NCBI RefSeq assembly: GCF_006345805.1 | Contig: NC_042997.1 | Location: forward strand, 127,224,001 to 127,288,000 | DNA: 64,000 nt | Source: Octopus sinensis | Lineage: Eukaryota | Reading direction: 5' to 3' | In this document: piece after piece, positions 1 to 12,869 of the stretch | How positions within the stretch are numbered: position 1 is the first letter of the stretch | Layout: each line of letters opens with the position of its first letter | The notes under the pieces: model-generated | Told to the model about the DNA's origin: nothing | The model's database searches: none | The model's input: only the letters and a program-made list of their open reading frames with translations | Translations under genes and position numbers: made by a program

Positions 1-81
1 GGTTTACCATCCCTACAGGAAGTTCAAAAGATCGTGTTGACTGGAACGGTTCATGCACTGAGAAGAGCATTATCGATGTGA
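1..81 (+). mobile_element. 3' end of ORF of an RLE-type (R4/Dong-like) non-LTR retrotransposon, truncated by window start
   Basis: Frame 1 reads GLPSLQEVQKIVLTGTVHALRRALSM*. This matches the C-terminal QKxxLLGTxxILR motif and the copy at 58096-58150 (IQKIALLSTAHILHKTLSIQ*). Confidence 0.75.
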
Positions 82-257
82 AAACAACATCCATTCATGA
101 ATTTATTTATTCATTAATTTTTTTAATTCATATTTTACCTATGAATTTGCGTGTGTAATCTGGGAATGCATACAATGAGCTTCTCTGCCCTAGGTTTACG
201 GAAAACACTCGGCGAGAAACGGAAGAAAATTTGAAGAAAGAAGGAAAAAAGAAATAG

Positions 258-360
258 TAATAACATCGAAAAATGCCTTAGGAATGAGAACCCCTGCCGA
301 AACGTTGTGTTAACAACAAACAAGATGAGGACAAATATCCGTCAAATGTAAATAATGTAT
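258..360 (+). mobile_element. Internally deleted copy of the hammerhead-bearing PLE-tailed element (same family as 16332-16887)
   Basis: Shares aataacatcgaaaaat.ccttaggaatgagaaccc and gccgaaacgttgtgttaacaacaaacaagatgaggacaaatat with the 16.3-16.9 kb arms. The CTGAAGA/stem II part is deleted. Confidence 0.8.
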
Positions 361-429
361 ATATGAGCATGTCTAGATATGCAGCTATATGCATGAGAAT
401 ACATGCATAAAACAAAACATAAAAATCTG

Positions 430-514
430 CACATACATACATACATTCATACATACATACATACATAAATACATAATACATACATTCATGCATACATAAA
501 TACATACGTACATA

Positions 515-548
<34 letters not shown>

Positions 549-630
549 CATACATACATACATGCATACATAAATACATACATACATACATACATACATA
601 CGTACATACATACATACATACAAACAAACA
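430..630. repeat. (CATA)n microsatellite
   Basis: Direct reading. Confidence 0.95.
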
Positions 631-739
631 AGATACCCTGTTGTTGATGTTGAAATTCCAGTGAAGGCGCCTTGGATCTAGTTTAGAAACCGACTCTATT
701 GGCAAGAAATTTTGAAATATGTATATGTATATGTGTATA

Positions 740-2053
740 CGAAGGTGTACCCAAAAGAAACCGGAATTTTGCAATATTATTTTCTTCACTTACTTTTACA
801 TGTTTACACTTTTATAGCCTTCAAATTATTCTCCATTTGAAGTAATCCATCGGCCCAGATACGTTTTCCACTGTTCGAAGCATTGCTGGAACTCGTGTGA
901 AGTGATGCCTTTTAACACCTCCGTCGATTTTTTATTACCTCTTCTACATCTGCAAAGCGTTTTCTTTTAAGGACGTTTTTTTCATTCGGGGGAACAAAAA
1001 TGAGTACAGGGAGCAAGATCGGGTGAATAAGGGGGGGGGGTAAGCGGGGTTATGCCATTTTAACCAGAAACTGTTTCACACTCAATGTGGCGTGCGCAGA
1101 CGCTTTGTCATGATGAAACCACCTCTTCCTACTTTGTTATAGGTCGGAACATTTTCGTCTCCTCGCGTCTTGCAAATGCTTCAGAACTGCCGAGTGAAAT
1201 GTTTGATTAACAGTTTGGTCAGGAAGAACAAATTCTATGTGGAAAAATTCCTTTCGCATTGATTAAACATATCAGCATCCTCTTCACATTGGACATCACT
1301 TGACGCGCTTTTGTGGAGGCGTGGTGACTTTGAATGTTTCCATTAACTTGATTGCTGCTTCGTTTCCGGGTCGTCGCCGTAACAACACCAGTGATAACCT
1401 GTGAATAAAGGTCTGGATCAACTTCCAACTTTTCTTTCAGTTCACGACAGCATTCAGTCGTGACTGCTTTTGATCTTCCTTCTGCAAGTGAGGCACAAAT
1501 TTTGCTGCAATACTTTTCATTCATTATTCCTCACTCAAAATTCGTTAGCAGGAGCTCCAGAGCACACCAGTCATATCAACAAGTTCGTCAATTCTTCGGC
1601 GACGGTTCTCCAAGATCAGTTCGTGACTTTTCATGATGCTTTCATTCGTGTCGGAGGTCGACGGTCGTCATGAACGAGGTTGGTCTTTAAGTGACAAGCG
1701 ATCATTCCTGAAGCGTGGAAACTACTCTTAAGCTTGTGTTTTGTTCATATCAGTGCCCTTGGAAGCTGTTTGAAGCATAACAGCTGTTTCGGCCGCCGTT
1801 TTACCCCAGCTGAAAACAATTTCACGGAAGCACGCTGTTTCTTCGTTTCAGCCATTGCAAAAATTGATGAACAGGGGAGAAACACTGCAAAAGAAAGAGG
1901 CACCACGTAACAGTACGACTTCAATGGATGGCGCCGGTCGGCTGACTGATGCCTGAGGATCGCATCAGGTGGCTTCTAGCGACGAAAGCCTGGTCTACCT
2001 ACAACGGGCTTCTCCCACAGAGAACGTTTTCGGTTACTTTTGGGTACCTCTCG
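740..2053 (-). mobile_element. Full-length degenerate mariner DNA transposon; transposase pseudogene ~800-1855
   Basis: TIRs CGAAGGTGTACCCAAAAGAAACCGGAA / TTCGGTTACTTTTGGGTACCTCTCG, flanked by TA. The minus strand carries an MAETKKQRASVK start, QVITG, FHHDKASAH and YSPDLAP motifs, with frameshifts. Confidence 0.93.
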
Positions 2054-2344
2054 TATATATGTACACTGGTATACATGTATACATATATATATATACATGT
2101 ATGAATAATATAAACGTACGTATATATGTATGCTTGTATGTATATTTGTTCGAAATTAGAGATGGCAATGTTTCAACGTTTCACTATGATCAGCTTTTAA
2201 AATTGTACTCAGATGAAACTTCGAAGTAGCATCTGTCTCTATTATTGAATAAGTAATAAAATTCTACTCTTCAGTATTATCATTTTGTTTTCAGTAATGC
2301 ATTTGTCTTAACTGTTAAATTTAAGAACCCTTAGTATGTGGGGT

Positions 2345-2463
2345 GTGTATACATACATACATATATACATACATACATACATATAGTCATACATACATAT
2401 ATACATACATACATACTTACATACATACATACATACATACACACACATACATACATACATACA

Positions 2464-2494
<31 letters not shown>

Positions 2495-2664
2495 GTGCGT
2501 ACGTACATACATACATTCATACATACATACATACTACATACATACATACATACTACATACATACATACATAATACATACATATATACATACATACATACA
2601 TACATACATACATACTTACATACATACATACATACATACACACACACATACATACATACATACA

Positions 2665-2695
<31 letters not shown>

Positions 2696-2758
2696 GTGCG
2701 TACGTACATACATACATTCATACGTACATACATACACACACACATTCATATACATACA

Positions 2759-2789
<31 letters not shown>

Positions 2790-3110
2790 GTGCGTACGTA
2801 CATACATACATTCATACGTACATACATACACACACACATTCACATACATACATACATACATACATACATACATACATACACACACGTACATACATACATA
2901 CATACATACATACATACATACGTACATACATACATACAGACACACGTACACGCACACCTACACCTACACACACACACATATATACACATACATACATACA
3001 TAATACATACATACATACATATACATACATACATACATTCATACATACATACATAATACATACGTACATACATACATAATACATACATATATACACGCTC
3101 ACACATATAT
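2345..3110. repeat. Long (CATA)n/(CA)n compound microsatellite with higher-order repeats
   Basis: The variant block atatgtgcgtacgtacatacatacattcatac recurs at ~2491, ~2692 and ~2786. Confidence 0.95.
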
Positions 3111-3681
3111 GTATACTTATGTATACAGTCTTTTATACATTCAATGAATAAATTTCCGCATAACATTTGTTACATCCACTGCTGTCAGTCACGCCATCTG
3201 CTGTTGTTTTTTAACAGTTTGTTTATTGCGAGTTAAATACTAAATGAGGAAAAACCAGGGACGATCGAGACGAAAGTCTGAGAGGCGCTCCTTTGTTTCG
3301 AAACTAATAGCATTGTCTTTGCGACTCACGTGTTCTAGTGACTGTCTGAAAGTTATATCTGCAATATCACTCTGCTATAACAAGACTAAATATGTTTAAA
3401 TGTCTAAGACGAGTTACTGCTAATGCGATAATAATTTTTTCAGACAATTAACTTTAACTTTAGAATGAAAAATGGTTTATGATTCAGATCTACGCTACTT
3501 TTCAATTGATTTCATCTCTTATTGTCACCAGTTGTCTTGTTCTTCTTGGACGAGTCCATTTAACTGGCTTCAAAAGCTCTGCAGAGTCGGTGTGGCCTAG
3601 CCAGGGTTAAGCTCGCCGGGGAACCCATTGAGCTTTGTTACCTTATATATATATATATATATATAATATATATATATATAT

Positions 3682-3753
<72 letters not shown>

Positions 3754-3764
3754 TGTGTGTGTGT

Positions 3765-4008
<244 letters not shown>

Positions 4009-4370
4009 ATAGGCTTATACCGCAGACCCAAAAGTGCCGCCCGCAAAATAGCGTCACCCTCAAGAAAAGCGTCGCCCCCATCGTCCCCATCACCCTGTCG
4101 ACCCCCCTCACCTCCTCATACTAACTAAGCTACTGTACAGAGTTGGTGCGTTCTTGTAGGTGATGCAGCACCTGACTTTGTATCGTGATTGACCCACATA
4201 ACATAGTGCGTGGGGAAAGTCTACTGACGATCTAAAGGGCGATCTAAGGGTAACATCCACTACAATACTTCATTTTTGTATCAGGTTTGTAAGATTGTTT
4301 ATGTGAATTCGTGTCTTGAAACACATTTGGTTGTGCCTAGGGAGAGTCATTATGCCAATATTATTAATAT

Positions 4371-4790
4371 AGGCGCTGGAGTGGGTGTGTGGTAAGTAGC
4401 TTGCTTACCAACCACATGGTTCTGGGTTCAGTTCCATATCGTGGCACCTTGGGTAAGTGTCTTCTACTATAGCCACGGGCCGACCAAAGCCTTGTGAGTG
4501 GATTTGGTAGACGGAAACTGAAGGAAGCCCGTCGTATATACGTATATATGTATATGTATGTGTGGGTATATGTTTGTGTGTGTATATGTTTGTGTGTCTG
4601 TGTTTATTCCCCCCAACATCGCTTGACAACCGATGCTGGTGTGTTTACATCCCCGTAACTTCGCGGTTCGGCCAAAGAGACCGATAGCATAAGTACTAGG
4701 CTTACAAAGAATAAGTCCTGGGGTCGATTTGCCCGACTAAAGGCGGTACTCCAGCATGGCCGCAGTCAAATGGCTGAAACAAGTAAAATA
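4371..4790 (+). mobile_element. SINE family A (tRNA-like head, internal TA/TG microsatellite, tail ending gaaacaagtaaaa)
   Basis: Head ggcgctggagtgggtgtgtggtaag...gggttcagttcc. More than 12 copies occur in the window. Confidence 0.9.
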
Positions 4791-4904
4791 ATACACGCAC
4801 TGGTTCAACTCCACTCCTTTATTGTTAGTCAGTTGGTTAAGTATTTAACTAACTAATCGATTGTTTGTTTAACTTGTTTAATAGTAAGTAAGTAAAGGAG
4901 TGGA

Positions 4905-5352
4905 GATGCCGGCGTAGTATGTAATCTACAAACATGTTTCTGGTATAGCTTTAGTTCAATGGTATAGTTTGTGATCTACACTGACTTTTAGATTTACATT
5001 TAAAATTCATCTGTTTACTCGACTTCCAGATTGGTTTGGTATAGAAATCAAAAAACTTTTCTTATTTAAATATTTTTAATCCTGAGCCCATTGAAAGAAG
5101 TCGTGATGAGAGCAAAAGAATTTTACACACAGGTTATTCGAGATGAAGAAGTTGCAACAGAATTTCTCCGACGTTATGAACACGAAGATATTGATCCATG
5201 CACGTTTTGTTGAAAGAAGGAAATGTTTAACTCACTCCTCTAATTATAATTGCAAATTTATAACAAAATTTTGAATGTAGGTCACGGGTTAGTCTAAATT
5301 TAAGTTGCTGGAGATCACAATGGCATGTAGATCACATACTACACCCTACACC
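4905..5352 (+). mobile_element. Merlin/IS1016-like DNA transposon deletion derivative
   Basis: TIR cores ggcgtagtatgtaatctaca (4911-4930) / tgtagatcacatactacacc (5326-5345). An 8-bp TSD GGAGTGGA / GGAGTGAA flanks it. Internal MRAKEFYTQVIRDEEVATEFLRRYEHEDIDPC resembles an ISXO2-type transposase N-terminus. Confidence 0.7.
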
Positions 5353-6114
5353 GGAGTGAAGTTGATCCAATGTGTGTGTTAATAATATTGGCATGATGAC
5401 TCTCGCTAGACATAACTAAAATCCACGATAATAACTACAGACTATGTCAATATTCAACGCCGCTTTTCCTAATACCAGAAGAAGAGCCCTCCAGAGTGTG
5501 GAGATGCCCTAATTTCACATAAACCAGTCACTCTACTTAAGAGTTAAATAGGCTGATAAGTTCGGGAGATCAGGGGCTTCTGAGAGGAAACTGTAAATAA
5601 ACCGGCAGTAGGCAAAGGGAAAACACCGCTGAATTTGTAAAACTTTGACAGCCAGGTGTGGCACATGACGAGAGAGCGGGAAAGAAATCTAGTTGTATTT
5701 CTCTTTTTACATAAAGGATCAGCTATCTGGGAAAGACTACAACAAAAGAAGAGCAGCTTCCAATAATCCAATGATCCACCAAAAACTAGAGATATCATGC
5801 ACACCGAACAACACAAGAAACTCTTAAACTCTTTGGATATACAGGAAATCGACATAAATAATTAAAAAATGTACATCCGTCCATAAAACTGGTTCTGCAG
5901 CACGGCCTTGCTGATGCGGACTTAAACCATATTGATAAAGAATATATGCATTGATAAAGAGTATATTATGTTATTTCTTTTTCAAGATTTAGTACCCAAA
6001 GGTCTGTTACCTGCTTTCCATGACAGACAATGACTTAGTTCACAACGTTCCTCTGAACAGGAGGCAGGTTCGTTGCAGGGTTCAAGGTTTGCAGTTCTTA
6101 AAAGCGGGATTGGC

Positions 6115-6298
6115 TGGGGGGGGGTGTCTAGTCGATTGTACCGATTCCTGTACTTGACTGAGACTATATTTCATCAACCCTGTAGCGACGAAAGGAAAAG
6201 GTAACTTCGGTGGGATTTGAGCTCAGAATGTAAAGAGCTGAAAGAAATGCTGCTCAGCATTTTGTCTGCGATGCCAACAGTTTTGTCACCTCAACACC
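6115..6298 (-). mobile_element. Old SINE family B copy
   Basis: Diverged match to the family B reverse complement (gaaaggaaaaggtaacttcggtgggatttgagctcagaa). Confidence 0.7.
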
Positions 6299-6339
6299 TT
6301 ATATATATATATTAAAAAATAAAATAAAATAAAATACAT

Positions 6340-6588
6340 ACGCCCTTTTAAAGCATAGCCAGGCTCATGGGTCCGGTTTCCCAGTTTCCATGGAGTATGT
6401 GTTCCCCAGCTGGACGGGAAGCCAGTCCATCGCAGCGTTACTCATTTTTGCCAGCTGAGTGGACTGCAGCAAGGTGAAATGAAATGTTTTGCTCAAGAAC
6501 ACAACGCGTCGCCCGGTCCAGGAATCGAAACCCTCAATCTTACGATCATGATGCTGACACTCTAACCACTAAGTCACGCGCCTCCACT
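6340..6588 (-). mobile_element. SINE family C (tRNA head + body Y + tail 1)
   Basis: Minus-strand gtggaggcgcgtgacttagtggttag A box and gggtttcgattcc B box, then gttcttgagcaaaaca...cactcagctggcaaaaatgagtaac. Confidence 0.85.
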
Positions 6589-7097
6589 TTTATTACCTTC
6601 AGTTCTTGTCCTTTTCTTTTATTTATGACTCTTCTTCATTTATCGATCTGTTTATCTTTCTCACCAGTCTGTCTTTATTACATTTTGAACCCATCATACT
6701 CTCTCACTCTCTCTCTCTCTCTCCCTCTTTCACATCTATCTATCTATCTATCTATCTACCTGTCTGTTTGTCTGTCTGTCCGTCTATCACAAGAATTTTG
6801 AAATCTTTTCAAGAAATGGTGTATTTATCTACACATTTCAAACAGATTTTACACATCTTCATCCATAAATAATCAGTCGTGTCATACATACTTACGTATA
6901 AACAAGAACATATAAGTACAGACATATACACATACACACAAATACATACGCGCGCACACACACACATATATATATATCTACATATATATATTGTAAGAAT
7001 ACATACAATTAAACAACTGTTGCATTTTCAGTAAACTGTCAAATATATTACCACGTATTCAAGGAAAATATATTTCTCTTGACAGATGTCAGTATAT

Positions 7098-8795
7098 ATG
7101 TGTGTGTGTGTGTGTGTGTGTCTGTGTGTGTTTGTGTGTGTGTGTGTGTGTATACATATGTATGTATGTATGTAAGTATGTATGCATGTATATATATATG
7201 CACATACAAATATATATATATACACATACATATATATACATGCTACATTAATATATATTAAGAATATGTATTTATATACAAATATACACGCGCCTGCATG
7301 CACATACACACATACACCACACAACGCACACATTACAGACACACACACACACACACACACATGAATATAAATATTTTTTGTATACGAATTAATGCTAACA
7401 CATGTGAAGACGCGTGGTTTGGTGATTAGGGCTCATATTCGTAAGGTTGCGAGTTCGCTTCTTGGCGACGCGTTGTTTCCTTGAGCAAGACACTTTATTT
7501 CACGTTGCTCCAGTCCACTCAGCTGGCAAAAATAAGTTGTACCTCTAAGTCAAAGGGCCAGCCGTGTCACATTCTGTGTTACACCGGATCTCCCTGTGAA
7601 CTACGTAAGGGTACACGTGACTGGAATGCCTAATTTCCGTTAATCGGACCAAATGGAACTCTCGTCGTTGTCGTATCCGATGGAGTACCAGAATGCTCAC
7701 ACATGTATTTTTGCATATGAATTATACATAGATACACAGATACATACATACATACATTTCAATACATATATGAATGCATATATGTATGTGCGTGTTTTCT
7801 ACACAGTTGCCGTTTGCCAAATTTCTTCACAAGGACATTGGTCTGTCCAGATTTATAGTAGAAAACACTTGTCTAAATTGCCGTGCGGCGGAACTGAACC
7901 TAGATCTTCTTAACCTTGCTGCCACAGCTGTATTTGGTGTGTGTGTGTGTGTGTGGTGTGTGTGTTGTGTGTGTGTGTCTGTGTGTGTTGTGTGTGCGTG
8001 TGTGTGTATACATATGTATGTATGTATGTAAGTATGTATGCATGTATATATATATGCACATACAAATATATATATATACACATACATATATATACATGCT
8101 ACATTAATATATATTAAGAATATGAATTTATATACAAATATACACGCGCCTGCATGCACATACACACATACACCACACACAACGCACACATTACAGACAC
8201 ACACACACACACACACACACACATGAATATAAATATTTTTTGTATACGAATTAATGCTAACACATGTGAAGACGCGTGGTTTGGTGATTAGGACTCATAT
8301 TCGTAAGGTTGCGAGTTCGCTTCTTGGCGACGCGTTGTTTCCTTGAGCAAGACACTTTATTTCACGTTGCTCCAGTCCACTCAGCTGGCAAAAATAAGTT
8401 GTACCTCTAAGTCAAAGGGCCAGCCGTGTCACATTCTGTGTTACACCGGATCTCCCTGTGAACTACGTTAAGGGTACACGTGACTGGAATGCCTAATTTC
8501 CGTTAATCGGACCAAATGGAACTCTCGTCGTTGTCGTATCCGATGGAGTACCAGAATGCTCACACATGTATTTTTGCATATGAATTATACATAGATACAC
8601 AGATACATACATACATACATTTCAATACATATATGAATGCATATATGTATGTGCGTGTTTTCTACACAGTTGCCGTTTGCCAAATTTCTTCACAAGGACA
8701 TTGGTCTGTCCAGATTTATAGTAGAAAACACTTGTCTAAATTGCCGTGCGGCGGAACTGAACCTAGATCTTCTTAACCTTGCTGCCACAGCTGTA

Positions 8796-8850
<55 letters not shown>
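7098..8850. repeat. Recent tandem duplication, ~860-bp unit bounded by (GT)n tracts
   Basis: 7150-7935 and 8005-8797 are near identical. The ORFs at 7653 and 8516 are identical (period 863). Confidence 0.95.
7403..7692 (+). mobile_element. SINE family C (body Y + tail 2); duplicate at 8264-8555
   Basis: tgtgaagacgcgtgg head, ccttgagcaagacactttatttcacgttgctccagtccactcagctgg body, and a tail shared with 23386-23580. Confidence 0.85.
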
Positions 8851-8853
<3 letters not shown>

Positions 8854-9069
8854 AGTAAAGCTTTCGTCTTAAAGCTACTTAAAGAATAAAAGCAGGACAT
8901 TTTACTTATGTGGTAATTCAATGCGGACAGTAGAAAAAGATTTATTTCACATTTGTCACCCTTATTAATCTGTTTAGAATAGTTAGGTTTTGCTATAATG
9001 CACATTTTCCACTGAATTCAACCAGAGTATTTTCCTGACTATGTGGACACTAGTTTGATAGTTGAGCTC

Positions 9070-9214
9070 TGATTGGCTGTATGCAAATGAGTTCATAATT
9101 GGGGTCCGGAACTCTTGTGGAAAGCAAATTTTACGGCCGGTCTTTACACGTAAACCGTAGCTGCGAAATGCTGAAAAAAGTGAACCAGTGACCCCGCGTT
9201 CCTTGCTCTTTTCC
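9070..9214 (+). promoter_or_regulatory. Promoter-like block: reverse CCAAT, octamer, reverse CCAAT, CpG-rich stretch, TCT/TOP-like initiator
   Basis: GATTGG 9071-9076, ATGCAAAT 9081-9088, ATTGG 9098-9102 and CTCTTTTCC 9206-9214. CpG is locally enriched in an otherwise CpG-poor window. Confidence 0.4.
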
Positions 9215-9236
9215 GTCTCGACGATGAGAATGCTGA

Positions 9237-9299
9237 TACTTGGTTGATCCTGCCAGTGTTCTAATGTATGTCTCATAGCTTACATCATGCAAATATAAG
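9237..9299 (+). pseudogene. Divergent fragment of the 5' end of 18S (SSU) rRNA
   Basis: TACTTGGTTGATCCTGCCAGT is 20/21 identical to the universal 18S start. By hand, about 48/63 ungapped identity to TACCTGGTTGATCCTGCCAGTAGTCATATGCTTGTCTCAAAGATTAAGCCATGCATGTCTAAG. Confidence 0.8.
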
Positions 9300-10282
9300 A
9301 TCATGCCGTAAGAGAATGATGAACCTCTACTGCTACTTCAAAGGAGAGGATGGAATTACATCCAGAATTCTACTCATACAAACAGATGTGTCTTTTTAAT
9401 TTAAGAGACTCGGTTTCCTGAACACCTAAGCTTTGTCATGTCAATAAATATTTAGAGCAAATATTGTTAATTTCTGAACTGAATCTTTAATAATATTGCC
9501 AATGACCAATTTTATGAAGGATTCTCAAGAACTGAAAGCCTAATTATTGATGTCCTGTTGATAAAAACCCATGAAAAAGGCATATCCAGAGGTACTGATG
9601 TAATAATGTTCAGCATTCGAGAGGCTATAATGGTTACATTTCTAATATCGCATTTGCTAGGATTCATTGCCGGTCTGTCTGTCATTTCTTTATCATTCCA
9701 TATTGTACAGATCTAATATTTGCAAGTGTAAGTCTCTTTTTGTCACTCTAGGTTTCACACACTCATAAGAATGACTTATTACCATGGATAGTTAACCGCC
9801 TCAAAGAATGCCAAAAATACAAAGCTAATATAATTATGTTCAATAATAGTCTAATATGAACCAGAACTGTTTTCAAATTTACTTAATCCATTGTTTCATT
9901 TAATAAGCTTGAATTAGATATAAAACAGTTACACAATTACGAATTATACTATTAATATTGGCATTGTATTGGAAGCACTATGCATTAGACACTGGACTGT
10001 TATAAACGAATTAGAAAACAATTTCATATGTCAGGAGAGATCTAGCAGCGTTTTATGACTTTATTGGAGATATCCAACAGAAGAGAATGACGAACAAGCA
10101 CCATCCAGGTTTTGATAGTGGCTAGGATTCTTCAAGTTGTAAGCACCATTGTGTTTTATCTGAACAGCTGCTGTATAACTGTGAATGAAGAACTGTGGGT
10201 TTTAGGATGTTGAATTTTTGTTGTGTGCGGAATGTGAAGGGTAGTTCCTATAAAGATAGTTTTAGTCACTTACCTAACTGTT

Positions 10283-10512
10283 ATTTTTTTATTGCGCACA
10301 AGGGGCTAAACACAAAGGGGACAAACAAGGACAGACAAAGGGATTAAGTCGATTACATCGATCCCAGGGCGTAACTGGTACTTAATTTATCGACCCCGAA
10401 AGGATGAAAGGCAAAGCGACCTCGGCGGAATTTGAACTTAGAACGTAGTGGCACACGAAATACTACTAAGCATTTCGCCCGGCGTGCTAACGTTTCTGCC
10501 AGCTCGCCGCCT
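10283..10512 (-). mobile_element. SINE family B, full length
   Basis: Reverse complement starts ggcggcgagctggcagaaacgttagcacgccgggcg...aagttcaaattccgccgaggtcg. Confidence 0.9.
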
Positions 10513-10829
10513 TTAGGCAAACAGTTAGGCAAACTTCCGTGGGAAGGGATGTCACATAGTATGTGGTTGTGTGTTGGGTAGCTGCGATATGGCAGAGGTC
10601 AGATGACCACTAGATGCAGAGATGGTTGAGGTTTGGTAGAGATTAGGATTTGAGATGAGAAAAAAGATCAATAATATTTGGAATGTTTGTGTGTTGATCT
10701 GGAATGCAAGGAGATGAAACGAGCGAACGTAAGGAATTGAGAATTACAGAAGATTCGACTCATGTGCAATCACCACACGATGAATGTTTAAAATCATTAC
10801 ATGTGTGTGTGTGTATATGTGGGTGTGTG

Positions 10830-10916
<87 letters not shown>

Positions 10917-11309
10917 CCAGCTGCTGTCTACGAATGAGTATTGTTTGGAATTGTACCATGCTTTCACAAATTGCTTTAGGTGCCTGTGTAGTTCTGAGCT
11001 CCCTCTCAACTTCGCTACCCCTTGATCAAGTGGTATATTCAGAATGTAACAGCTGAAGGAGAGAGATAGAGATAGAGAGATAGATAGAGAGAGAAAGATA
11101 TATATATATATATATATATATATACTCAGCTATACTCAGCTGGTGATCATTTTTAGCTGAGTAAAGTGGGAACAACATGAAATGAAGTGCCTTACTCAAG
11201 GACAAAACATGTTGCTTGGCCCAGATATTGAACTCACAAAATTATGATCATGAGCTGAACACTCTAACGACTAGATTACGTACCTTAACCCCCACCCACA
11301 CACACACTC

Positions 11310-11497
11310 ATTTGACTGCGACCATGCTGGAGCACCGCCTTTAGCCAAGCAAATTGACCTCAGGACTTATTCTTTGTAAGCCTAGTACTTATTCTATCAA
11401 TCTCTTTTGTCGAACCGCTAAGTTATAGGGACGTAAATACACCACCATCGGTTGTCAAGCGATGTTGGGGCGACAAACACAGACACACAAACACACT

Positions 11498-11559
<62 letters not shown>

Positions 11560-11680
11560 CACATATACGACGGGCTTCTTTCAGTTTCTGTCTACCAAAT
11601 CCACTCACAAGGCTTTGGTTGGCCCGAGTCTAGTAGAAGACACTTGCCTAAGGTGCCACACAGTGGGAATGAACCTGGAA
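11310..11680 (-). mobile_element. SINE family A
   Basis: Family A reverse complement with internal (TA)n. Confidence 0.88.
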
Positions 11681-11689
11681 CAATAATAA

Positions 11690-12050
11690 TGAGAATGATG
11701 ATCTGTTTTCCATGCTGGTATGGGTTGGATGGTTTTGCAGGAGCTAACAAAGCCAGGAGCCATACCAGATTCCATAGTCTGCTTTGGTTTGGTTTTTACG
11801 GCTAGATGCCCTTCCTAGCATCAACTACTTTATGGCATGTACTGGGTGCTTTTTACATGGCACCAGTGCCTTTTACTTGGTACCAGCACCAGGACCAATG
11901 CATTTTATGTGGGACCATCACTGGTGCTTTTTATGTAGTATCAGAACCTGTGCTTTTATGTGGCACCCATACCAGTGCTGTTGCATAGCATCATCACTCG
12001 TGCTTTTTACATGAGACCAACACCAGTGCTTTTTGCATGGCACCATCTCC
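11690..12050 (-). mobile_element. RTE 3'-tail element with ~18-20-bp internal repeats
   Basis: ttccatgctggtatgggttgga...gatgcccttccta, followed by repeated gtgcttttta(c/t)atggcacc. Confidence 0.75.
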
Positions 12051-12594
12051 ATAATATAATTTTGACGAGACATACAGCAGACTAAAATTAGTAGCTAGTC
12101 AATTATATCGACCTCAGTGCTATTCTGATAGTTAGTTCATCAACCCCTAAAAGGATAAAAGGCAAAAAGGACTTTGGTGGAATTTGAAATCAAATATAAA
12201 GACAGACGAAATGCTAATAGCATTTTATCTGGTAAGGTTATGATTCTCTCAGGTCCCCAACTAGGAGAAAGAGTAATAGTATGAACATCATAAACATTAA
12301 CATAGATTAAATTAAATGCTTTGAAAGCAGTAAACTAGATGAATAAGTGACAACTTGAAACTCGGAGTAACAAGCAAAAATACTTCCTCTTTTAATAAAA
12401 ATACATGGACTCTGTTTCATGTTTTGAGTAATTTTTCCTCATTTGTAAACACCAATACACACGTATGCGTGCACACACACACATACACACACATGCACAC
12501 ATTCACACACACATGTATATGTGCATGCATTTATAAATATGCACACATATATATATCTCTATATAAATACATAGACATATATATGTATCTGTCA

Positions 12595-12597
<3 letters not shown>

Positions 12598-12653
<56 letters not shown>

Positions 12654-12702
12654 TAGATAGATATATACATATTGTCATATACATATATATACACATACAC
12701 AT

Positions 12703-12754
<52 letters not shown>

Positions 12755-12832
12755 TATATATATATATATATATATATATGAAAATGTGTATGTGTATATA
12801 TATGTATATGAGAATATGTACATATCTATCTA

Positions 12833-12869
<37 letters not shown>

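Larger units (their letters stand above)
4270..5420. mobile_element. Inverted (fold-back) PLE-like repeat with nested SINE and Merlin insertions
   Basis: Left arm tagggagagtcattatgccaatattattaa|tacacgcactggttcaactccactcc is the reverse complement of 5353-5420. It is related to 15600-15965. Confidence 0.65.

Noticed and set aside
640-720. Hammerhead-like gtgaaggcgcc..gaaaccg
   Set aside because: The core and stems do not fit. It is possibly a decayed PLE remnant.
2160-2235. Minus-strand CTGATCA..GAAAC hammerhead candidate
   Set aside because: No stem I or stem II pairing.
278-3166. Long MYVC/HTYI ORFs, and similar poly-YI, poly-D/M, poly-S and poly-K ORFs across the window
   Set aside because: They are translations of microsatellites that lack stop codons, not genes.
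5544-5855. 103-aa minus-strand ORF
   Set aside because: No recognisable motif or exon boundaries, and ORFs of this length are expected by chance.
9316-9421. C/D box snoRNA (ATGATGA ... CTGA) behind the TCT motif
   Set aside because: No terminal stem and no convincing rRNA-antisense guide by eye. snoscan would be needed.
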